A stretch of 64,000 nucleotides of DNA. It comes from Tubiluchus corallicola. Lineage: Eukaryota > Animalia > Priapulida. A program made the translations under genes and the position numbers. The notes below the pieces were generated by a model. That model searched no databases. It was not told where the DNA came from and saw only the letters and a list, made by a program, of their open reading frames with translations. Shown in pieces: positions 26,081-36,100 of the stretch; position 1 is the stretch's first letter; every line of letters starts with the position of its first letter. The stretch covers positions 62,001 through 126,000 of the forward strand of contig JAQGDQ010000608.1 of the NCBI GenBank assembly GCA_030141605.1, read 5' to 3'.

Positions 26081-26141
26081 CACACAAACACAACATTACA
26101 ATAAATGTTATTATTATAATATAAAATATTATAACTACACA

Positions 26142-26227
<86 letters not shown>

Positions 26228-26232
26228 ACACA

Positions 26233-26280
<48 letters not shown>

Positions 26281-26335
26281 CACACAAACACAACATTACA
26301 ATAAATGTTATTATTATAATATAAAATATTATAAC
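25999..26335. repeat. Duplicated (CA)n/(CACG)n compound microsatellite block abutting the LTR
   Basis: two copies, each ending aaacacaacattacaataaatg..attataac. Confidence 0.9.
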
Positions 26336-26838
26336 TGTGGATGCGCCCAGTCCAGGCAATAAAACGGCAAAAATCAATGTTGAACTGTGCGATAGACCTG
26401 CAATTTATTAAAATACAGGATTACAAAAGGTGCTTTGGAATGTGCAAAAGCTTATTACCATTTAGACAAAAAGTTTTAAGAAGTTTTAAGAAGACTGAAA
26501 CAAATTATTACTTTATGACTCTATGAAGCAATTTTAACCAATTTAAACGTTTAACTAATTATAAAGGTAGATGTGACTTACATTTACTGGTGACTTGGCT
26601 TGAAAATGCAACTAGTTAATAGACAAAAACAACGAAAGTATCACAAAACGGAATAAACAGTATAGCGGCAACAGAAAGTGTGACTACGTATAGAAACAAG
26701 TTTGATTGATAGGTGGCGTGTACTACTAAAAGCGTAAGTCACATGACTAAGGCTGGCTTCCTTTTTAAACAGTTTTGTAATTTGTAAAAAGAAAACAAAT
26801 AATGATAAAATTTTTGATTGAATTGCTTGACACCAACA
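26336..26838 (-). repeat. 3' LTR of BEL/Pao element
   Basis: Direct repeat of 32304-32806; minus-strand AATAAA at 26404-26409. Confidence 0.96.
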
Positions 26839-26861
26839 TCTGGCTCCCCCAAAATGTCTTC

Positions 26862-29800
26862 TTAAGAATTTTGACAAGTGGCTCCCTCGACGGGAATTGA
26901 ACCTTCATCATTCTCCACAAGTAGAACTAGTTTGGAGATCGGTCTGTCAAGTTCTGTATCCTGTGTTTTGACTCTCACGCTCCGGACTTGATCCTGACAG
27001 TCTGGATAGGTCCTAATAACGCGACATAATTTCCAAACGTTTCTAGGTTGATTGTCATCCATGATGAGGCAAATGTCACCGATCTTCAGTGAGCGCTTGT
27101 GATGAAGCCATTTGGATCTCGACTGCAGGCTTTGCAAATATTCTCTCTTCCACCGAGTCCAGAATTGTTCCATCAGATACTGGACTCTTCTCCATTGCTT
27201 GCGACAGTACAGGTCCGGTCGCTGGAAGTTTCCTGGTGGAGGAAGAACCACTCTTGTTTTCCCAGTCAAAATAGAATTGGGGGATAAAGGCAAAAGTTCC
27301 TGGTCGCTCAGTGCTTCAACTGTAATCGGTCGACTATTCATGACTGCCTCTACTTCGATCAACAGCGTCCTAAGAGATTCATCTGTGAGAAGTGCAGAAT
27401 TCTCTTGTAGCAAGGCTTCAAGAATGCGTCTCGAGGCCCCAATCAAACGTTCCCATGCGCCTCCATGGTGGCTGGCTGATGGCACATTGAATTTCCAATC
27501 TGCTCCATGCTGCAACAGATAATTGCGAATTTTTTCGTTGTCCATCTCTTTGAAGCATTCCTTTGTCTCAGTTATGGTTCCCACAAAGTTGGTACCGCAA
27601 TCACTTCGCATTTGCCTAATTGGACCCCTTCTGGCAAGGAAGCGACGTAGTGCCATAATGAAGGCATCTGTGTCTAGTGATGCAGCTAACTCTAAATGGA
27701 CAGCTCTGCTTACCAAGCAGGTAAAAATGATGCCGTAGCGTTTTAGAGTCTTACGGCCTTCTCGAACAAAAAACGGTCCAAACGCATCCGTGGCACAATA
27801 TGTAAATGGCGGTGATGGCGTGAGACGATCGACTGGCAGGACCGACATCTTTTGCTCTTCATGTGGGCGGCGTAACTTACGGCAAGTAATGCAGTTTCTG
27901 ATGACGTTGCGTACATTTGAATTGAGATTGATTATCCATAATCCTGCAGTTCGAATCGCGTTCATGGTTAGACCACGTCCAGAATGATGTACAATCTTTT
28001 CGTGAAACCATCTGATAATTAGCTTCGAAGTTGCCGTTTTAGGTGGAATTATGACCGGATGCTTCTCGCCAAATGTCAAATCGGATTGCTGTATTCTTCC
28101 ACCAACTCGCATTACTCCTAATTTGTCCACGAATGGGCTCAACGGTTTACAGTTTCTTTTAAAGGTTTCACCATTTCTCGACTGAAGAAGAAGGTATAAC
28201 ATATTCTCTGCGGCAAGTAATGACTCAACAGAAAATTGTCCATTCATTTCTACGTCATTCATTAAGGAGCTGGTAGTCGGCTTTGCAGTGGAAAGATTCG
28301 ATCTGAATACATTGCAAGCTCGCATAACTGTTGCAAGTGTTCTCTTCATCTTGTACCACGAAGAACAGCGTGATTCTAAAGTGTCAATAAGCCTGGTAGA
28401 GTCATGTGATGCAGCGCCAATTGTCCTGACTGATTTCAATTCGGGATCGGTCTCTGCAATGCTAAATGACTGCATGCCAGTTTTCTTCCAAAATTCATCT
28501 TCAGCATAAAGCATTTTCGGTCCACGAAACCAAATGTTGTTGTTGATAAACTGTTCTACTTGCTGACCTCGAGAAGCCACGTCACTCGGGTTTGATTTAG
28601 TATCAATATAGTGCCAATGCGTCGGGTTCGATTTGTCTAGAATCTGCTGCACTCTGTTGGCGACAAAAATCTTAAACCTCCTTGTTTGGTTTGCTATATA
28701 GCTCAACACTACTTTGGAATCGCTCCAATAATAATGCTGCGCGTTTTCATAGTCCAGCTCGTGGTCCAACATACTGGCAGTGTTCACTGATAATACTGCA
28801 GCTGTGAGTTCGAGTCTAGGCATGGTCACATGCTTGACAGGTGTGACACGAGCTTTACCTTGAATTAAGGTACAGTGTATCTGGTTGGTGCTATCAACAA
28901 GCCTTAGGTATGAACATGTACCATATCCGACCTCACTTGCATCAGAAAAGTGATGTATCTGGATGTCCTGTATTTCACCAAAATCATCTGGGTGAAAACA
29001 GCGAGGAATTCGTAACTGCTCTATTAAAGGCAAGCTTCGTCTCCAGATTTCCCAGCGTTGTCTAACATTTTCTGGTACTGACTCATCCCAACCAAGACGA
29101 TCACGCGTGAGTTCTTGCAGTATAATCTTTCCTATCAACAAGGCAGGTGAAATAAGACCCATTACGTCATAAATGCTGTGGATCGTTGAAAGTATGCCTC
29201 GTCGAGTCAAGGGTGTGTCATTCAGCCGTATGCGGAAACCAAAGGCGTCGTTTTGTATATACCATGACACGCCTAGGGCATACTCTATCTGTTCCTTGTA
29301 AGCGTTGATCGTTTTGCTTTCCCGGTTCGCACGATCTTCAATCGGAATGGCGGCTATGATCTCTGATTTGTTAGCAACAAACTGTGTTAATCTAAAATTT
29401 CCTTTCTGACAGAGATCCTTTAACTGTGTCGCTATAGCAGTGGCATCATGAGTTGTAGAAGCAAATTTACAACAGTCGTCCACATAGAAATTAAACAAAA
29501 TTGTTTGAGTCACATCGCGTGGGAAGGCAGTAACATTGTCTTTAGCTGTCTGCTGTAATGCGAAATTGGCACATACTCCTGATGATACTGCCCCAAACAA
29601 GTGGACTAGCATTCGGTAGTCACGCGGCGGATTTTTTGGGTCACCCTGGTCCCACCATAAAAATCTTACGTATTCTGCTTGGTGGCGTGGAATTGCAACC
29701 CTGTAGTACATCGATTGTATGTCGGCCATGAAAGCCGCTGGTCCTTGTCTAAAACGGCACAAGACTCCCAATAATGAGTTGGTTAAATTTGGCGCTTGCA

Positions 29801-31307
29801 AAAGTTCGTTGTTCAAGGAAGTTCCCATGAACACGGCGCTGCAGTTAAACACAACTCTGATTTTCTTCTTGCGCTTATGGTAAACTGGGTGGTGGGGTAT
29901 GTACCACACTTTTCCTGCATCTGGGTACGGCTCTGAGGGTGGCACCTTTTCGGCATATCCGTTTTCTAGCATCTTATTCATGAACGCAGTATATTCGTTT
30001 CTCAGCTCTTCAGCCTGAAACCTTTTGGCTAAACTGCGCATGCGCTGTTCGGCTTGTACCCTGTTATTTGGCATAACTGGATTATCCTTCTTGAATGGCA
30101 ACGGCACAACATATTTTCCATTCTTGTAACAAGTCTGCGCAGTAACTTTGTTCATGAAAAGCTTTTCCTCTTGAGAATCACCATAACCATTAGCGTCAGT
30201 TGCATTCTGAACGGCAGTAGGGATGCTAAACTGACAAGACGAAATTTCTTCGGTGGCGGCATCTGTGCATATCACCCGGCTATAGCTGGATCTAAGACCT
30301 TCGCGTGACGCTTTACCAATTACGCCCTGTACCGTCCAGCCTAAACGTGTAAGAACAGCATAACAATTAAAATCTGGGTGGCTAATGACTTGCAGAGGCT
30401 CCATTGCCTTTGGTGTGTTCATGCCTAATAGTAAACCAACTTCAACATTGTGCATTATAGGATGGAGTGATTTCGCTATGTCACTCAAATGCCTCAATTC
30501 TTCCACTTTGTTAGGATCTGGTATCTCGTTTCTATCAGCTGGAATTAACTCTTTCGTAAACAAACGTGGTAACTCAACGACGTTGCTACCATTCAAGCGC
30601 GAAACGCATAAACCATCAATTCCTTGTGATTTAATTAAATGAGTCCCACTAAGTGTGCGTAGGCGGATGTCAGTATACTGCCCGGTAGCCCCTAATTCTT
30701 CAGCTAGCTCTTCTGAAATGAAGCCGTCATTACTACCTGGGTCTAAGAAGCAGTAGGCTACGCGGCTGTTATGAACGTTATCTTTGTGAAAGATCTTAAC
30801 TGGGACTATTGCCATTGAAACTACGCTGTCGGCTGAAGTGACGTTACTAGTGTTTACGCGAGAAATTGAAGCAGTCGAAGTTGATTGATGTTGATTTGTA
30901 GGCTTAGCTTCACGTATTGCATCAGTTCGTAACTGTGAACTATCACCGCTTACACCTGACTGTGATTGCGTGTCGATATGAAGCACTGTGGGATGAGTGC
31001 GTTTGCATATATCACAATGTTTCTTAGATCTACAATCCTTATACGCATGAAAAGTCCCATTCAAGCATCCAAAACAAATTTTATTGTCTTTGACAAACTT
31101 TCTTTTGGCATCGTAGGAAAGCTGACTGAACTCTTTGCATTTATCTAAACGATGATTAGTAGCTGAGCAATAAAAACAAGGCCTTTGTTTTAGAGTTTGA
31201 CCCTTTGACATATTATTAGAGTCAATAGCGAATGATGACGATTTGCGACTACCACCTTTGGAAGTCTTAAATGTATGCTCTTCCCCTTTATCTGTAGATT
31301 TTGCCAT
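26862..31307 (-). CDS. BEL/Pao Gag C-terminus plus Pol polyprotein
   Basis: Three BEL-type Zn knuckles (CFYC..H..C, CFGC..H..C, CDICKRTHPTVLH), protease FLDPGS, RT FYVDD, RNase H FSDASEVGYG, integrase H..H..CITC, DAFGP, SDCGTNF, GAWERLI. Confidence 0.95.
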   Translation of the reverse strand: MAKSTDKGEEHTFKTSKGGSRKSSSFAIDSNNMSKGQTLKQRPCFYCSATNHRLDKCKEFSQLSYDAKRKFVKDNKICFGCLNGTFHAYKDCRSKKHCDICKRTHPTVLHIDTQSQSGVSGDSSQLRTDAIREAKPTNQHQSTSTASISRVNTSNVTSADSVVSMAIVPVKIFHKDNVHNSRVAYCFLDPGSNDGFISEELAEELGATGQYTDIRLRTLSGTHLIKSQGIDGLCVSRLNGSNVVELPRLFTKELIPADRNEIPDPNKVEELRHLSDIAKSLHPIMHNVEVGLLLGMNTPKAMEPLQVISHPDFNCYAVLTRLGWTVQGVIGKASREGLRSSYSRVICTDAATEEISSCQFSIPTAVQNATDANGYGDSQEEKLFMNKVTAQTCYKNGKYVVPLPFKKDNPVMPNNRVQAEQRMRSLAKRFQAEELRNEYTAFMNKMLENGYAEKVPPSEPYPDAGKVWYIPHHPVYHKRKKKIRVVFNCSAVFMGTSLNNELLQAPNLTNSLLGVLCRFRQGPAAFMADIQSMYYRVAIPRHQAEYVRFLWWDQGDPKNPPRDYRMLVHLFGAVSSGVCANFALQQTAKDNVTAFPRDVTQTILFNFYVDDCCKFASTTHDATAIATQLKDLCQKGNFRLTQFVANKSEIIAAIPIEDRANRESKTINAYKEQIEYALGVSWYIQNDAFGFRIRLNDTPLTRRGILSTIHSIYDVMGLISPALLIGKIILQELTRDRLGWDESVPENVRQRWEIWRRSLPLIEQLRIPRCFHPDDFGEIQDIQIHHFSDASEVGYGTCSYLRLVDSTNQIHCTLIQGKARVTPVKHVTMPRLELTAAVLSVNTASMLDHELDYENAQHYYWSDSKVVLSYIANQTRRFKIFVANRVQQILDKSNPTHWHYIDTKSNPSDVASRGQQVEQFINNNIWFRGPKMLYAEDEFWKKTGMQSFSIAETDPELKSVRTIGAASHDSTRLIDTLESRCSSWYKMKRTLATVMRACNVFRSNLSTAKPTTSSLMNDVEMNGQFSVESLLAAENMLYLLLQSRNGETFKRNCKPLSPFVDKLGVMRVGGRIQQSDLTFGEKHPVIIPPKTATSKLIIRWFHEKIVHHSGRGLTMNAIRTAGLWIINLNSNVRNVIRNCITCRKLRRPHEEQKMSVLPVDRLTPSPPFTYCATDAFGPFFVREGRKTLKRYGIIFTCLVSRAVHLELAASLDTDAFIMALRRFLARRGPIRQMRSDCGTNFVGTITETKECFKEMDNEKIRNYLLQHGADWKFNVPSASHHGGAWERLIGASRRILEALLQENSALLTDESLRTLLIEVEAVMNSRPITVEALSDQELLPLSPNSILTGKTRVVLPPPGNFQRPDLYCRKQWRRVQYLMEQFWTRWKREYLQSLQSRSKWLHHKRSLKIGDICLIMDDNQPRNVWKLCRVIRTYPDCQDQVRSVRVKTQDTELDRPISKLVLLVENDEGSIPVEGATCQNS

Positions 31308-32273
31308 AGCTTGTCGGCTAAGAATAGGATGAGATAAACTTTTCGTCCTATCACTGATATGTTTAACTACCTCGGTGAATTTCGGCGGTCTACCATAAGT
31401 TCATAACGCTTTTCTATTTTCTGCGCATGCTCAAGAACTTGATCTTGCATACGATAGGGTAGCTTAGAGCAAACTAATTGTATAGTACACGGGTCATCTA
31501 GCGATAACAAATATGCATTATCATGCATAGATGCTCCGCAATTGTTCAGAAAAGCAGAAAACTCTTCAACTGAATCGACGTCATCCATTTTTGTGATAGG
31601 CTTCCAAGATCTCAATTTAGTTTTAAATGCTGCAGCAGCGACTGACGAATTCCCGTATTTAGCGTGCAATGCGGCAACGGCATGATCGTACGGCTTCCTA
31701 TTATTCTCTGATGCTTCAACTAATGTCTGTGCCTTTCCTTCAGTGTACTGAACCAAATATCTGTACAACTGTAACTGATCAGTTATGCAAGTTTCAAATG
31801 TCTGTTTAAAAACTGTGATAAAGGCGTTATATTTTGTTACGTCATGTCCATTAAATTTCACCAATTCAGGCGGCGGTAATTTTTGCAAACTGACTATCTG
31901 GTTAAGACATTTCGCTTGATCTAGAAAAGCTTTAGCAATTAACTCGGGGTCGATGGCTACTGTAGTCCGGCATTCTTTGCGATTGCTGTCGTGAGATGTC
32001 TACTAACGTGCGCTGCTGTAAGTCCGCAATAGGTAGTTGTTGACCTTGACCATCAGGTGTCTGGGATTCGCTTATCGGCTCAGGTAAATCTTCTATCATG
32101 GCGTCGCTTGTTCTCTCGGCTTCATGGCGGGCGTCTCTCGCGTCCTTCAGCATCCTGGCGATGAGTTGGTCCTTAGTGCCCTCCTCTGGTAGTCCATAGT
32201 CTATACATAAGTTTTTCAAATCGGCTTTGTGCATTTTACGTAAGTTGCTCTCCGTGAGTGCTAATTGAGCCAT
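31308..32273 (-). pseudogene. BEL/Pao gag 5' part broken by two frameshifts; N-terminal SAP-like motif
   Basis: ORF pieces 32273-31932 and 31888-31367 (LPPPELVKFNG..LYRYLVQYTEGKA, typical BEL gag) join the pol frame after a +1 shift and an 8-nt insertion near 31400. Confidence 0.8.
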
Positions 32274-32303
32274 CTCTACACCCCTAGCAGTAAATGTCTA
32301 TGA

Positions 32304-32806
32304 TGTGGATGCGCCCAGTCCAGGCAATAAAACGGCAAAAATCAATGTTGAACTGTGCGATAGACCTGCAATTTATTAAAATACAGGATTACAAAAGGTG
32401 CTTTGGAATGTGCAAAAGCTTATTACCATTTAGACAAAAAGTTATAAGAAGTTTTAAGAAGACTGAAACAAATTATTACTTTATGACTCTATGAAGCAAT
32501 TTTAACCGATTTAAACGTTTAACTAATTATAAAGGTAGATGTGACTTACATTTACTGGTGACTTGGCTTGAAAATGCAACTAGTTAATAGACAAAAACAA
32601 CGAAAGTATCACAAAACGGAATAAACAGTATAGCGGCAACAGAAAGTGTGACTACGTATAGAAACAAGTTTGATTGATAGGTGGCGTGTACTACTAAAAG
32701 CGTAAGTCACATGACTAAGGCTAGCTTCCTTTTTAAACAGTTTTGTAATTTGTAAAAAGAAAACAAATAATGATAAAATTTTTGATTGAATTGCTTGACA
32801 CCAACA
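32304..32806 (-). repeat. 5' LTR of BEL/Pao element
   Basis: Direct repeat of 26336-26838; gag ATG 31 nt downstream. Confidence 0.96.
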
Positions 32807-33030
32807 ATAACTATAACTGACACCCATGCAATGTTAGCTCCTGTTTAAACTTTCGCAAGCTTAGACATACTTTGTCACCAAACTGCTTCAAAATTTAGAC
32901 CCCATTGAGTCGTATTAACTAAAGCTACTGCGACAAAAACTTGTCCATTGCAATGTTCTACAAACACAATTTAAAACTTTGCATTCTTAATTTTAACTGG
33001 AGCCAGGCGGCACACTGTCCTGTATACACT

Positions 33031-33100
33031 ATGCACAAAGATGCAGGCTACGTGGAAAGAGGAAATAATAATCATATTAGTGAAATTAATAGTAGTGCAC
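33031..33100 (+). CDS. KIF15: KIF15 candidate first coding exon
   Basis: [26 protein letters not shown] with phase-1 donor C|GTGAGT, in frame with the next exon; no homology support. Alternative ATGTCAG|GT at 33473. Confidence 0.4.
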
Positions 33101-36100
33101 GTGAGTGAAAAACTGTGTTACATATGTCTGCATCTTCAACATCGTTATTATAATTACTACCTTTGTATGTAAAGTGTAAAGCAAGAATACATTCATGACT
33201 GACTAGTACCTGAGCAGCACACATATAATTATGTTATAAATTCACATGAGCCGACATGACTTGCGTGCCAAGTAAAGAAAAAAAGTGAAACGACTTAAAT
33301 CGCTAATCAACTGAATTTATTTTGTTTCGCAATTTTACATTATAGACTAATTTTAACTTGGCGTTATTTTTAAACTAAATGGCTTGGAAATTTTTAGTTA
33401 ATTTAGTGTTATTCTGTTACCTCTAAATTGTGTTATAATTTATAAATATTACTTGGCGCGTAAATGATAGATATGTCAGGTAACAGTGCTGTAAAACTGG
33501 TGTTAGGCAATGGATGTGGGCTTTCACGTCCATAGCATGTCAACACTGTAGCAGTTTTTGTCAGAATTAGTACTATTTTGAGACTTCACCTACATTTGCT
33601 CTAATATTAACCCTTGCATAGTTGCAACATGTAAATAAATGTTCTGTTGTGCTTAATTCAATATTGCACATGGCATGATACCTTATAATTTGCTTTCACT
33701 TTGACCATTATAAATATAATTAAGGTCTTACCTCTAATTACCAAAATAGACTTTACCTCTACATGACAGAATTTTGCGATAAACTCCCGTTTCAGTTTAT
33801 TGCTTTACAGATATCTCAATTTTGTGTTCTTATCGCTTGTCTTGTATTACCGATGTCATTTTACTTTTAGATAACATGTTAATCTGTTCTGCTTTTTCTC
33901 TTCTCATATTCTTTCAATCTTTGTCTATAAGAATTCCATTTGTGTTTGCTAATTTTTTCATTGCGTTGTGATTAATACCAACTCGCATCACACTAGCATT
34001 TGATTTAGTTATTCCACGCTTAGCTGGCTAATCTTCTACTTCTTGATGAATAAAAGAAGTTCTGTAAAACTACATTTTCTATAACGGATACATTCTTCAG
34101 TTGGCCGTTCTTCAGTACGTTCAGTAATTTGCTTTTCTAGACATTCCCAATATAATTCTTACTGACTTGGCTCGAATGCGGTCCAATTCGTCTAACTCGT
34201 TTCTTTTTCATGTTTGAACAAGTTTCAGTATTATAGATTAACGATGGTATTGCCAGTGGTTCAAAGGGTTTTAATGTCATTTCTACTGACATTCTTTCCA
34301 CATCGCTGATGGTTTCATGGATGAACATGCTTTGGAAAAAAGCAATTCAATTCAAAAACAGCAGAATGCAGGACAACAAAGTTACGTTATCGTTGCCCTG
34401 ATTGTTGAATGCTATTATTTTTGTATTAAGTTATTTCAAAGTTGGTTTTAGTTTTCGTAGACTGTTTATTGCGAGTCTAACGTTTTGTTTGTTTGTATTT
34501 TATATTTTATTTTATTGTTCTTGTTGTTTTAGACCTTGAGATTTCTTCTTGTTCGCTGTCAAGTACAAGCAGTGGGAGTGGCAGGTAAAGATAGCCACTT
34601 ATTAATTTATCTATGTTGTAAGCAGTGAGCTTAGCATCTTAAATTCCTACTTTTCAAAACTTACCCGACTGCTGTATTATATTTAATAAAATTGTGTTTA
34701 CTATTTGTAAACAAAATTGATATAATAATAAAATCAATATTGTATGAGCAGTGATTTCAAAACTACATGACTACAATTGCATGATAACCTTTTTACCTCA
34801 TTTTAATTTAGCACTTAATGTTAATAATGCTATTCGATAATGATCTACTAGTCAGTATACTTTAAATTTGTAATTAACATCACGCAATTAGAAGCATTTC
34901 ACTTGCTTGAGATCTTAAATTGTACTGAGGCTGATGTGTCACCTTTAATTGGTGAAGCTAGTGATTCTTCTTGTCAATGAAATATTACAGTACTTCCTAT
35001 ACACATGTTTATTTCACTCTCTTTGGCTAGTTTAACATTAATATATCAGGCCTTGACTTCTGTTCCTCATAATGTCTTAATGTAACAATATGTTATTCAT
35101 GGCATTTTGAAAATAAACGGAATTAAGCTAGACTAATTTAGGAGATTGCAAATTTAAAAACATTTTTGTTATTTATTTACTTATAAAATGCAAAAAACAC
35201 AAGTTTTTCAACAAAACTGTTTTTATGTCACAGCGAAAGGAATGCTATCAATGTTTACGTGCGAGTACGTCCTCCTGATTTGCCTTCTGGTAATGAGTTT
35301 GAGCGAAGAAGCTGCGTGGAGGTGACGAGCGATAGATCGCTGATGATGAAATGCAAGCCGGAAGCAAAAGTCTACACGTTTGATAAAGTTGCTGATACGC
35401 TAGTCACTCAGGTTTGAAATATTAAACCTTTTCACAGTTTCGTTGTGCGCACGTGCAGTTACTGCAGGTCATATGTTAAGTGTACCGCAGCAGCGCGTCT
35501 TAACTACAACTATCACGTGACATGTGGGTAAAGCAAAGCCGTCTTGCACATCAGTTAGTAACTTCAGTTATTTTACATGCAATTTACTTAATTATGCATT
35601 AGCCAGTGCATAGAGTGATCTACTACCAGGATCTTGCTTGTGAACAATACAAAATCAACTATATAAGGTTGTAGCTAGCTGTTAAAACGGTTACTATTAC
35701 AGCAGCATGGGCACAAATGCGTTGTCTGGCACACTCAACCTTTGACCTTTTCACGATCATCGTCAATCACTGGAACTGGAACTGCGAATGTAGATAGGTG
35801 TCATTAAATTGCCAGCTGTTTTACAAATTTGAGAAAAATATTTGAAACAGTTTTAAAGACATTTTGAACATTTCTCAAACATTATTTGTGCTGATAGATA
35901 GCGGGAATCATGGCATATACTATGCTCTCTAGTCCATGCTCTCTACTCCGTACTAGTTTTTCTAGAATGTCTTACGTGGAAGAATTATTGTGGCAGAAAC
36001 CTAGTTTCACGCTTGCGCGGTTATTTCTTCACTGTTAGATGCATTTTTGCCATTTGCTAGTTAGACGGACACTTGCACCACACGGAATGTTGTATAGCAG

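Larger units (their letters stand above)
26336..32806 (-). mobile_element. Full-length BEL/Pao LTR retrotransposon
   Basis: Two 503-bp TG..CA LTRs (26336-26838, 32304-32806; 3 mismatches seen), 5-bp TSD ATAAC (26331-26335, 32807-32811), PPT GGGGGAG next to the 3' LTR, gag-PR-RT-RH-IN order. Confidence 0.97.

Noticed and set aside
27089-31148. Plus-strand ORFs within the retrotransposon
   Set aside because: Short antisense shadows of the pol frame.
33453-33481. E2F-like TTGGCGCG and ATGTCAG|GT as the KIF15 start
   Set aside because: Falls in an imperfect inverted repeat with ~33260-33274 (possible MITE remnant) and has a weaker donor than 33100; unresolved without cDNA.
34366-34400. ATGCAGGACAACAAA as the KIF15 start exon
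   Set aside because: No GT donor in the phase required by exon 34533.
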